Part shown: one piece after another, positions 17,217 through 24,354 of the stretch
How the letters are laid out: each line of letters opens with the position of its first letter
Numbering within the stretch: position 1 is the first letter of the stretch
Source: Candidatus Electronema aureum
GTDB taxonomy: Bacteria > Desulfobacterota > Desulfobulbia > Desulfobulbales > Desulfobulbaceae
Reading direction: 5' to 3'
DNA length: 32,000 nucleotides
Assembly (NCBI GenBank): GCA_004284765.1
Contig: NQJD01000011.1
Coordinates: 1-32,000 of the forward strand
Notes under the pieces: model-generated
What the model saw: only the letters and a program-made list of their open reading frames with translations
What the model was told of the DNA's origin: nothing
The model's database searches: none
Position numbers and translations under genes: made by a program

Positions 17217-18284
17217 ATGCTCAAAGTCAAACCCCAAATCGCCGCGCTGTCCACCTACAAGCCGCCGTGGTCGCACATTGACCGCACGGCCTACCTGCGC
17301 TTTGATCTGAACGAGAACACTCTGCCGCTGCCGGGCTGCGTGAAGGCCGCCCTGCACGACTTCATTGACAGCGACCGCATCCCGCTCTACCCGGACTGCG
17401 CCGCGTTCCTGCCCAAGCTGGCCCGCTACACGCAGGCCGCGCCGGAGCAACTCATGGTCGCCAACGGCTCGGATCAGGCTATCGAGGTGGTTCTGCGGGC
17501 TTTTCTCGGCGAGGGCGACGAGCTGGTGCTGGCCCAGCCCGGCTTTCCCATGTTCACTCAGATTGCCGGGGTGATCGGCGCGAAAGTGACCGGTATTCCG
17601 TATGATGCGGCAATGCGCTTCCCGCGCCGCGACTATCTGGCCGCGATCACTCCGGCGACCAAGCTGGCGGTGCTGGTCAACCCGGACAACCCCACCGGCG
17701 CGTCGGTCTCGCTGGACCTGATTGAGGAAGTGCTGCGGCTGCGGCCCGATCTGCCTGTGATCGTGGATGAAGCTTACTTTGAATTCACCGGCGCGACGGC
17801 GCAGGGCCTGCTGGCGGCGTACCCGAACCTGATCATCCTGCGCACCTTCTCCAAAGCCTTTGCCCTTGGCGGCCTGCGGCTGGGCTACAGCATCGCCCAT
17901 CCCGCCCTCACCGCCGAGCTGCACAAGGTGCGCGGGCCGTTCGATGTCAACGCCTGCGCCTTGGTTGCCGCCGGAGCGCAACTTGACGATGCCGCCGAGG
18001 AATGGCGGCGTTTCCCGCAGGAGACCATGCAGCTCTCCAAGCCCTATCTGGAAGCCTTCTTCCGTGATAACAAGGTGAAGCAGTATCCCGGCGCGGCGCA
18101 TTTTATGCTGGTCGAGCCGGAAGACCGCGACGGCGCGGTTGCTTACCTGAAAGAGCGGGGCATCTTGGTGCGGCCCATGGTCGCCCCGGCGATCAAGACC
18201 TGCTTCCGCATGAATGTCGGCACCTTGGAGCAGACCAAGCACTTTGCCGAGGTCTATGCGGACTATCTGCGGCAGCAGCGGTAA
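17217..18284 (+). CDS. hisC: histidinol-phosphate aminotransferase
   Basis: Class II aminotransferase pattern: NENTLPLP, ANGSDQAIE, NPDNPTG, VDEAYFEF, and RTFSKAFALGGLRLGY (PLP lysine). Confidence 0.85.
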   Translation: MLKVKPQIAALSTYKPPWSHIDRTAYLRFDLNENTLPLPGCVKAALHDFIDSDRIPLYPDCAAFLPKLARYTQAAPEQLMVANGSDQAIEVVLRAFLGEGDELVLAQPGFPMFTQIAGVIGAKVTGIPYDAAMRFPRRDYLAAITPATKLAVLVNPDNPTGASVSLDLIEEVLRLRPDLPVIVDEAYFEFTGATAQGLLAAYPNLIILRTFSKAFALGGLRLGYSIAHPALTAELHKVRGPFDVNACALVAAGAQLDDAAEEWRRFPQETMQLSKPYLEAFFRDNKVKQYPGAAHFMLVEPEDRDGAVAYLKERGILVRPMVAPAIKTCFRMNVGTLEQTKHFAEVYADYLRQQR

Positions 18285-18290
18285 GCGACA

Positions 18291-18590
18291 ATGACGCTCA
18301 CCGAACAGCACCAGGAGAACCTACAGCAGCTCTGCCGGCAGCACCACGTGCGGAGCCTTGCGGCCTTCGGCTCTGTCCTGCGGCAGGACTTCAAGCAAAG
18401 TAGCGACATTGACCTCATCGTTGACATTGACGATGCTGACCCGCTCTCGTATGCGGACACGTATTTCGCGCTCAAGTTCGCGCTTGAGCAGCTCTTCAGC
18501 CGCAGCATAGACCTGCTGGAGGAGAAGGAGCTACGCAATCCCTGCCTGCGTCAGCGGATCAATGCAACCAAGGTGCTGATTTATGGATAA
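18291..18590 (+). CDS. nucleotidyltransferase-domain antitoxin (MNT/MntA type)
   Basis: The GS-x10-DxD type motif LAAFGSVLRQDFKQSSDIDLIVDI. It starts 6 nt after the hisC stop and overlaps the next ORF by 8 nt. Confidence 0.8.
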   Translation: MTLTEQHQENLQQLCRQHHVRSLAAFGSVLRQDFKQSSDIDLIVDIDDADPLSYADTYFALKFALEQLFSRSIDLLEEKELRNPCLRQRINATKVLIYG

Positions 18591-18927
18591 GGACATCGCT
18601 GTGTGGCTGCATGACATGCTGGCCGCCATTGATGAGATAGTCTCCTTCCTTCCTGAACCCCGCAACTATCTTGCCTTCGAGAGAGACCTCAAGACCCGGC
18701 GGGCGGTGGAGCGCAACATAGAGATCGTCGGCGAGGCAATGAGCCGCATTCTCAAGCTGAAGCCGGACTTCCAGATTGCCAACGCCCGCCGCATCGTCGA
18801 TACCCGCAACCGAGTCATTCATGGCTACGACACGGTTTCAAGCAGCATCATCTGGGCCATTGCGATCAGAGAGCTGCCAAAGCTGCGTGAAGAAGTGACT
18901 GGCCTGCTGACGCAGCAGGCAGAGTGA
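18583..18927 (+). CDS. HepT/DUF86 HEPN-domain toxin
   Basis: R-x4-H-x-Y motif RNRVIHGYD near the C-terminus, about 114 aa in size, translationally coupled to the MNT gene. Confidence 0.8.
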   Translation: MDKDIAVWLHDMLAAIDEIVSFLPEPRNYLAFERDLKTRRAVERNIEIVGEAMSRILKLKPDFQIANARRIVDTRNRVIHGYDTVSSSIIWAIAIRELPKLREEVTGLLTQQAE

Positions 18928-18984
18928 AGAGTTGCACCGTCTTTCCACGCTTGGTTTCCCACCGCCTGCAAGCACCCTCTGCCG

Positions 18985-19140
18985 GAGACACTATAGTGTC
19001 TCTTGCGGAGATACTACGGTGACTCCTGTGGCGATACTACGGTCACTCCAGTAGAGTCATTATAGTGACTCCGGTAGAGATACTCTGCTGACTCTGAGGG
19101 AGTCACTATGGTAACTCTTAGGGAGACACCATAGTGTCTC
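18985..19140. repeat. array 1: seven 18-bp palindromic units at an exact 23-bp period
   Basis: Units start at 18985, 19008, 19031, 19054, 19077, 19100 and 19123. In order they read GAGACACTATAGTGTCTC, GAGATACTACGGTGACTC, GCGATACTACGGTCACTC, GAGTCATTATAGTGACTC, GAGATACTCTGCTGACTC, GAGTCACTATGGTAACTC, GAGACACCATAGTGTCTC. Spacers are 5 nt. Confidence 0.9.
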
Positions 19141-19149
19141 TTTTTGTTT
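19123..19149 (+). terminator. last palindrome of array 1 plus a T-tract (intrinsic-terminator-like)
   Basis: GAGACAC-CATA-GTGTCTC followed directly by TTTTTGTTT (19141-19149), downstream of the hisC-MNT-HepT unit. Confidence 0.5.
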
Positions 19150-19232
19150 ACCCACCAAGTCTGTCGGATTATGTTGTGCGTCAACCCACTGCACCTGCTC
19201 GCACTGAAGTAAAGACCAAGGTCGTTAGATTG

Positions 19233-19946
19233 TTAGCTAGCTTGTTTCGTGAGTTCAGCGAGCCGTAGTGCAGATGGATGAAGGTAGAGCCACCACGTCA
19301 CCTGTCGCATTGTCCCCGGCTCATCAATATGTCGTTCGCGCACATCATCAGAGATTAGTCCGTGCCGTTTCAGTTTTAGTGCCCATGATCCAATATCGGT
19401 GGTCGCAAGGTTCAGCGGGCCAAGCGAAATATCGATTTCGCGTCGCCATGTTGAATCGATTAATTCTTCGCCCATGTTAATCGAAAGTGATCTATGACAT
19501 GTGGATGTGTCGTCAGTATTTGTTCGGTTGGCATGATCGAGAGCAAACGTAGAGAACTCTGCTAACTCGGCATCTGATAGCTCCTCGGCTGCGCTGAATA
19601 TTGCAGCTTCCTCATCATCAGCAACTGATTCACGCGTCACAAGCTCTGCTGTCAGCAACGCTATAATTCGCGGACCAAGCGAACGAGACTTCGTAAAACA
19701 CACTGAACGATATGCGTCAAAAAGTACCTGAGACCGACGATCATCACTGAGTAGATCATTAAGCAACTGTTGCAATTCCAATTCAGTCGTGCCCTCTGAT
19801 GCTATAGCTCCGCAGAAAGCATCGAAAAACTGTTTAGCGCGGAACCGCCCCCACCGTTCAATAACGTGAGTGCGTACCATTGACTCAGCGATTTCAGTTA
19901 GCTTTCCGGTCGTGTAACCGGCAATATATGAAGATATCGGTTCCAT
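19233..19946 (-). CDS. hypothetical 237-aa protein (orphan, no motif recognised)
   Basis: Clean ORF with AGAGG 5 nt upstream of the ATG. It is the only minus-strand gene in this block and is visibly AT-richer than hisC and hisD. No TM segment or signal peptide. Confidence 0.5.
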   Translation of the reverse strand: MEPISSYIAGYTTGKLTEIAESMVRTHVIERWGRFRAKQFFDAFCGAIASEGTTELELQQLLNDLLSDDRRSQVLFDAYRSVCFTKSRSLGPRIIALLTAELVTRESVADDEEAAIFSAAEELSDAELAEFSTFALDHANRTNTDDTSTCHRSLSINMGEELIDSTWRREIDISLGPLNLATTDIGSWALKLKRHGLISDDVRERHIDEPGTMRQVTWWLYLHPSALRLAELTKQAS

Positions 19947-20188
19947 TCAGGCCTCTGTGTGAAATACAGGTGTCCCTGTGAGTTGCTTGACTTCTATAGT
20001 TTCTGTATAACTCCAATATTCATGCTCCTCCCAACATACCTCCCTCCCCAGCACCCTGCAAGAAGTTCTATCCACAGCCACCGCAACAATCCTATTGACA
20101 AACCCGCTGCCGCGCTTTAGTTTCTGCCTGAAGCAGCAGCGGCTCGGCGGCGCAGTCGCTCACCATCGCGGTTGAGCATCTTGCCGGA

Positions 20189-20201
20189 CTGATCAGCCTG
20201 A
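20189..20201. repeat. left copy of a 13-bp direct repeat, CTGATCAGCCTGA
   Basis: Identical 13-mer at 20873-20885. Together the two copies bracket the PIN-like gene and the small ORF. Confidence 0.7.
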
Positions 20202-20220
20202 CACGGGATGCCATTGAACT

Positions 20221-20703
20221 ATGAACAAAGCGTTTGTCTATCTGGAAACAAGTTTTGTCAGTTATCTCACTGCCAGACCGAGCAGAGATATTATCGTGAC
20301 CGCTCATCAGACAATAACTCGCGAATGGTGGGCGCAAAGGAGGGATGCTTTTGAAGTTGTTATCTCCGAGATCGTTGCGGAGGAAGCGGGAAGGGGCAAC
20401 CCGGAAGCAGTGCAGAGGCGACTGGACATTCTTCGGGATATTCCCTTCATACCCGTCACGGAAGAGGCACTGACCTTTGCGGACAAACTGATTCAGAGTG
20501 GAGCTGTTCCCCGAAAAGCGGCTGAGGATGCCCTGCATATCGCTGTTTGCTGTGTGAACAACGTTGACTTTCTGCTGACTTGGAACTGCAAACATATTGC
20601 CAATGCAGAGAAAAGAGAATATATTCGGAAGACTGCGGCTGAGAACGGCCTTGTTGCGCCGGTTATCTGCACCCCGGAAGAACTCTTTGGAGATGAACTA
20701 TGA
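20221..20703 (+). CDS. PIN-like domain protein (putative toxin/nuclease)
   Basis: Acidic-residue pattern in PIN-like spacing: VYLETSFVSYL, SEIVAEEAG, AEDALHIAVC, FLLTWNCKHI. The assignment is by pattern only. Confidence 0.5.
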   Translation: MNKAFVYLETSFVSYLTARPSRDIIVTAHQTITREWWAQRRDAFEVVISEIVAEEAGRGNPEAVQRRLDILRDIPFIPVTEEALTFADKLIQSGAVPRKAAEDALHIAVCCVNNVDFLLTWNCKHIANAEKREYIRKTAAENGLVAPVICTPEELFGDEL

Positions 20704-20876
20704 TTGATGATCCCATTGTCCAAGAAACACGAAAGATACGAGAACAGATATCCTCCGAGCACAAGCATGATGTGTATCAATTAGGCAGGTATTTTATGGA
20801 AAAGCAGCAGACCGGGCAGCGGGTCTTTGTCAGGATTCCTCCCAAGGCTGAGAGAACCCCGCATTCTGGCCGCTGA
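20700..20876 (+). CDS. 58-aa ORF translationally coupled to the PIN-like gene (possible cognate partner)
   Basis: Not in the ORF track because it is under 60 aa. ATGA overlap with the PIN-like stop; GGAGA (20689-20693) lies 6 nt upstream of the ATG. My translation is MIDDPIVQETRKIREQISSEHKHDVYQLGRYFMEKQQTGQRVFVRIPPKAERTPHSGR. Confidence 0.4.
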   Translation: MIDDPIVQETRKIREQISSEHKHDVYQLGRYFMEKQQTGQRVFVRIPPKAERTPHSGR

Positions 20877-20885
20877 TCAGCCTGA
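20873..20885. repeat. right copy of the 13-bp direct repeat, CTGATCAGCCTGA
   Basis: Identical to 20189-20201. It contains the stop codon of the 58-aa ORF. Confidence 0.7.
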
Positions 20886-20930
20886 ATCTACGCACATCCA
20901 CTTTGTTTGCAGAACAATAAAGGAACAACC

Positions 20931-22226
20931 ATGAACATCAACATCTACGACCTAAACACACTCGCAGCGGCGGACAAGGCGAGAATCCTGCGCCGCTCCG
21001 AGCTGGACATCGAGGGTTTTCAGGAGACCGTGCGGCCCATCATCAAGGCGGTGCGTGAGCGCGGCGATCAAGCCTTAGTCGAGTTCTGCGCCAAGTTTGA
21101 CAAGGTGACGCTTGACCCGGCAGCCATTCAGGTGACAGAGGCGGAGTTCGAGCGGGCCGAGCGCAACTTGGAGCCGGAGATCAAGGCGGTGATCGAGCGG
21201 GCAGCGGCCAACATCCGCAAGTTCCATCAGGCGCAGATGCCGGAGGAGATGTGGTTCACTGAGATCAGCGAGGGCATCCTTGCGGGCGAGAAGATCACTC
21301 CGATCACTTCGGTGGGCCTGTATGTGCCGCGCGGCAAAGGCTCGTTCCCCTCGGTCATGCTCATGCTCGGCATCCCGGCGGTGATTGCGGGCGTGCCGGA
21401 GATCATCATCTGCACCCCGCCCACGCCCGAAGGCACGGTGGACGATGCCTCGCTCTTCACAGCCAGAGTCTGCGGCATCAAGACGGTCTACAAGACCGGC
21501 GGGGCACAGGCGATTACGGCGATGGCCTTCGGCACCGAGACGGTGCGGAAGGTACACAAGGTGATCGGGCCGGGCAACGCCTATGTCTCGGCAGCGAAAC
21601 GCCTGCTCTACGGCCACATTGACGTGGGCACGCCCGCAGGCCCCAGCGAATCCATCATCCTCTGCGATGAGCAGGCCGACCCGCGCATTGCCGCCCTTGA
21701 TCTGCTGATCGAGGCTGAACATGGGCCTGACTCCACCGCCCTGCTGGTGACGCACTCACGCGAGCTGGCGGACAAGGTGACGGCTCTGCTGCCGGACTTG
21801 ATCGCTGATCTGCCGGAGAAGCGGCGCGAGTTCTGCACCACCGTGCTGGGCAACTACGGCGGCATCGTGCTGACGCAGGACTTGGCCGAGTCCATTGCCT
21901 TTGTCAACGACTTTGCCCCGGAGCATCTTGAGGTGCTGACTGCCGAGCCAATGCTGCTGCTGGCAAAGATCCGCAACGCTGGCGAGATACTGCTCGGCCA
22001 GCACACGCCGATCACGGTCGGCAACTACGCGCTGGGCGTGAACGCCATCCTCCCGACCGGCGGCTTTGCCCGCACCTTCTCCTGCGTCACGGTCTTTGAC
22101 TTCCTCAAGCGCTCGTCCATCGGCTACATGTCTAAGCAGGGCTATGACAGCCTCAAGGACGTGGCGATGCAGTTTGCGGACTATGAGGGCTTTCCTGCGC
22201 ACGCGAATGCGGTGCGGAAACGTTAG
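20931..22226 (+). CDS. hisD: histidinol dehydrogenase
   Basis: The ORF track starts at 20907. The ATG at 20931 (MNINIYDL) follows AAAGGA. Motifs: VIGPGNAYVSAAKR, LIEAEHGPDS, APEHLE, FARTFSCVTVFDFLK. Confidence 0.9.
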   Translation: MNINIYDLNTLAAADKARILRRSELDIEGFQETVRPIIKAVRERGDQALVEFCAKFDKVTLDPAAIQVTEAEFERAERNLEPEIKAVIERAAANIRKFHQAQMPEEMWFTEISEGILAGEKITPITSVGLYVPRGKGSFPSVMLMLGIPAVIAGVPEIIICTPPTPEGTVDDASLFTARVCGIKTVYKTGGAQAITAMAFGTETVRKVHKVIGPGNAYVSAAKRLLYGHIDVGTPAGPSESIILCDEQADPRIAALDLLIEAEHGPDSTALLVTHSRELADKVTALLPDLIADLPEKRREFCTTVLGNYGGIVLTQDLAESIAFVNDFAPEHLEVLTAEPMLLLAKIRNAGEILLGQHTPITVGNYALGVNAILPTGGFARTFSCVTVFDFLKRSSIGYMSKQGYDSLKDVAMQFADYEGFPAHANAVRKR

Positions 22227-22241
22227 GATGCTGGCCGCAAC

Positions 22242-22269
22242 ATAGGGGCGAAACATCTTTCGCCCCTAT
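22242..22269 (+). terminator. perfect 12-bp stem hairpin after hisD
   Basis: ATAGGGGCGAAA, loop CATC, TTTCGCCCCTAT, starting 16 nt after the hisD stop. There is no T-tract, so terminator function is uncertain. Confidence 0.35.
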
Positions 22270-22360
22270 ACCCTACACCGTCCTGCCTTAGCTCTCAACT
22301 CCTCAGCTTCCGCGTGGGCAAACGATAAAGCCGTTTGTCCACCCTACTCACTACTCACTG

Positions 22361-22493
22361 CCGCCACTCCCGTGCCTCGCCCGGAGTCACCAGAGTGCCT
22401 CGGATGCTGTCACTCTCCTGACTCGCTTTGAGTCACCCTCGTGACTCAGCTGCCGTCACTCTGGTGACTCGGCTGGAGGCACCAGAGTGACGA
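22361..22493. repeat. array 2: six 18-bp palindromic units at an exact 23-bp period (same family as array 1)
   Basis: Units start at 22361 (degenerate), 22384, 22407, 22430, 22453 and 22476. In order they read CCGCCACTCCCGTGCCTC, GAGTCACCAGAGTGCCTC, CTGTCACTCTCCTGACTC, GAGTCACCCTCGTGACTC, CCGTCACTCTGGTGACTC, GAGGCACCAGAGTGACGA. Confidence 0.85.
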
Positions 22494-22509
22494 TTCCGCA
22501 AATAAACAG

Positions 22510-22538
22510 TTGACAGCAGCCCGGCCTGCGGCTACGCT
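22510..22538 (+). promoter_or_regulatory. candidate sigma70-type promoter for galE
   Basis: TTGACA (22510-22515), 17-nt spacer, TACGCT (22533-22538). It begins 17 nt after the end of array 2. Confidence 0.3.
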
Positions 22539-22608
22539 GGACAGCAGGAAGGTTCACGTAGTCATGTCAGGCAGTTGAACAAAATCAATTTCACCTTGAG
22601 AGCATCCC

Positions 22609-23628
22609 ATGCACATCATTGTTACCGGCGGCGCGGGCTATATCGGCACACACACCTGCTTGGAACTGCTTCATAACGGCCACACAGTAACGGTTATCGA
22701 TAACCTTGCCAATTCCTGCCAAGAAGGGTTACGCCGGGTGGAAAGACTCACCGGCAAGACACTCCGTTTCTTCCAGGCTGATCTTGTTGATGCAGCGGCG
22801 ACCGATAAGGTCTTCCAGCACTGCCCAGATGTGACAGCAGTCATCCATTTCGCTGGTCTCAAGGCGGTGGGTGAGTCATCCGCAAAGCCGTTGCTCTATT
22901 ATCACAACAACCTCACTGGTACGCTCAATCTTTGCGCCGCCATGCAGCGGCACGGGGTAAAGAATCTTGTCTTCAGCTCCTCCGCTACCGTCTATGGCGA
23001 TCCCGCTTCCGTGCCGATCACCGAAGCCTTTCCGCTGGGAGCCTGTACCAATCCCTATGCCCGCACCAAGGCGATGATTGAGGACATACTGCGCGATCTA
23101 CATCAGGCGAACAACGAATGGAACATTGCCCTGCTCCGCTACTTTAATCCAGTGGGCGCACACGAGAGCGGTGAGATTGGCGAAGACCCCAACGGCATTC
23201 CCAATAACCTGATGCCGTATATCTCGCAAGTTGCAGTGGGCAAGCTGAAACAGCTGGCGGTGTTCGGTAATGATTATCCCACCCCGGATGGTACCGGTGT
23301 GCGTGATTACATCCATGTCGTTGATCTGGCAAAAGGTCATCTCCGCGCATTAGAGCGGCTGGAACAAAAGCCGGGCGTGGTGGCCTATAATCTGGGTACA
23401 GGACAGGGCTGCTCGGTACTGGAGCTGATCAAGGCGTTTGAGAAGGCATCGGGTAAGAAGGTTGCCTATGCTATTGCGCCTCGGCGGCAAGGCGATATTG
23501 CTTGCTGTTATGCTGATCCCTCTCTTGCAGAACAGGAACTGGGTTGGAAGGCAGAGCGAACTCTTGAGGCGATGTGCGCGGATACTTGGAATTGGCAGGC
23601 CAAGAATCCGAATGGGTATAGGGAGTAA
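22609..23628 (+). CDS. galE: UDP-glucose 4-epimerase
   Basis: MHIIVTGGAGYIGTHT Rossmann motif, SSSATVYG, YARTKAMIE (YxxxK), about 339 aa in length. Confidence 0.9.
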   Translation: MHIIVTGGAGYIGTHTCLELLHNGHTVTVIDNLANSCQEGLRRVERLTGKTLRFFQADLVDAAATDKVFQHCPDVTAVIHFAGLKAVGESSAKPLLYYHNNLTGTLNLCAAMQRHGVKNLVFSSSATVYGDPASVPITEAFPLGACTNPYARTKAMIEDILRDLHQANNEWNIALLRYFNPVGAHESGEIGEDPNGIPNNLMPYISQVAVGKLKQLAVFGNDYPTPDGTGVRDYIHVVDLAKGHLRALERLEQKPGVVAYNLGTGQGCSVLELIKAFEKASGKKVAYAIAPRRQGDIACCYADPSLAEQELGWKAERTLEAMCADTWNWQAKNPNGYRE

Positions 23629-23697
23629 AGCCTTGCGCCGTGCTCGCCCTAGCAACAAAGCTATTCACTCGTGCAACCTCATTCCAAGGAGATGATT

Positions 23698-24348
23698 ATG
23701 CAGAAAATATGGATGCTCATGCTACTGACGCTTGTTTTCCTGTTCACAGCCGACCGCGCTCATGCCGCCGTGGGCTGCGATCTCAACGACCCGGACAAAG
23801 ATGTGGCCCGGCTGTTCCCTGAGTCAACGAGCTACAAGACCAATTACCTTTCCATTGACAAGGCGGGTGGAGACGCTTTGCTCAAGGAGATCGAGCAGCG
23901 TCTGGGCGACTCCTTCCAAGGCTTGTACGAGACCGCTGATGTGCCGTACACGCTCTACGAAATCTTCAAAGACAAAGAGAAGATCGGCTACATTCACGGC
24001 GTGAATCAGAAGGGCAAGTACGGCGGCCTTCAGGTCTTTCTCGTGCTGGACATGGAGGGCCGCATCAAGGCGTTCTACTTCCAGAAACTGACCTCCAGAG
24101 CGGCCAAGCAGCTACGCGAGCCGTCCTTCGGCAAGCAATTCGAGGGTCTCAGCCTGATTGATTTCTATCCCTACGATGTGAAGTCGGGCAAGAGCGTACC
24201 GCCCGGCAAGGTTGATCAAATCAAGAATCCAGTGCCGGAAGCAGAAGAAGATTTCCGGGCTTCGCTGCGGGCAACGAAGAAGAATCTGATTCTGATGGAT
24301 GAGTTTGTGTACGGCAATAAGCATCTGCAATCTTTTCAGGAAAAGTGA
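23698..24348 (+). CDS. secreted hypothetical protein, weakly FMN_bind-like
   Basis: The ATG at 23698 lies 6 nt after AAGGAG (23686-23691). Signal peptide MQKIWMLMLLTLVFLFTADRAHA. The central GYIHGVNQKGKYGGLQVFLVLDMEGRIKAFYF resembles the FMN_bind beta-core, but I see no SGAT-type flavinylation motif. Confidence 0.5.
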   Translation: MQKIWMLMLLTLVFLFTADRAHAAVGCDLNDPDKDVARLFPESTSYKTNYLSIDKAGGDALLKEIEQRLGDSFQGLYETADVPYTLYEIFKDKEKIGYIHGVNQKGKYGGLQVFLVLDMEGRIKAFYFQKLTSRAAKQLREPSFGKQFEGLSLIDFYPYDVKSGKSVPPGKVDQIKNPVPEAEEDFRASLRATKKNLILMDEFVYGNKHLQSFQEK

Positions 24349-24354
24349 GGAGCC

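Noticed and set aside
17190-18311. A 373-aa ORF antisense to hisC.
   Set aside because: hisC on the + strand has the PLP-lysine motif and the full aminotransferase pattern. The antisense product is low-complexity and R/G/Q-rich, a GC-driven shadow ORF.
20068-20076. A DnaA-box-like CTATCCACA, together with the idea that oriC lies near the rpmH-rnpA-yidC-mnmE cluster.
   Set aside because: There is only one 8/9 match, no cluster of boxes, no AT-rich unwinding element next to it, and no dnaA in the window. The rpmH upstream region (8902-9124) shows no DnaA boxes.
20092-20595. A 167-aa minus-strand ORF overlapping the PIN-like gene.
   Set aside because: It has no RBS or motif. The + strand ORF has a coherent domain-like pattern and a translationally coupled downstream partner.
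22430-22450. The arm GTGACTCA contains TGACTCA, the yeast Gcn4/AP-1 site known from HIS gene promoters. It sits next to his genes here.
   Set aside because: This is a eukaryotic bZIP site with no known bacterial counterpart. The resemblance is treated as coincidence arising from the palindrome arms.
18985-22493. The possibility that the two periodic arrays are CRISPR arrays.
   Set aside because: The repeat period is 23 bp with only 5-nt spacers, the units are degenerate palindromes, and there are no cas genes or leader. This is incompatible with CRISPR.
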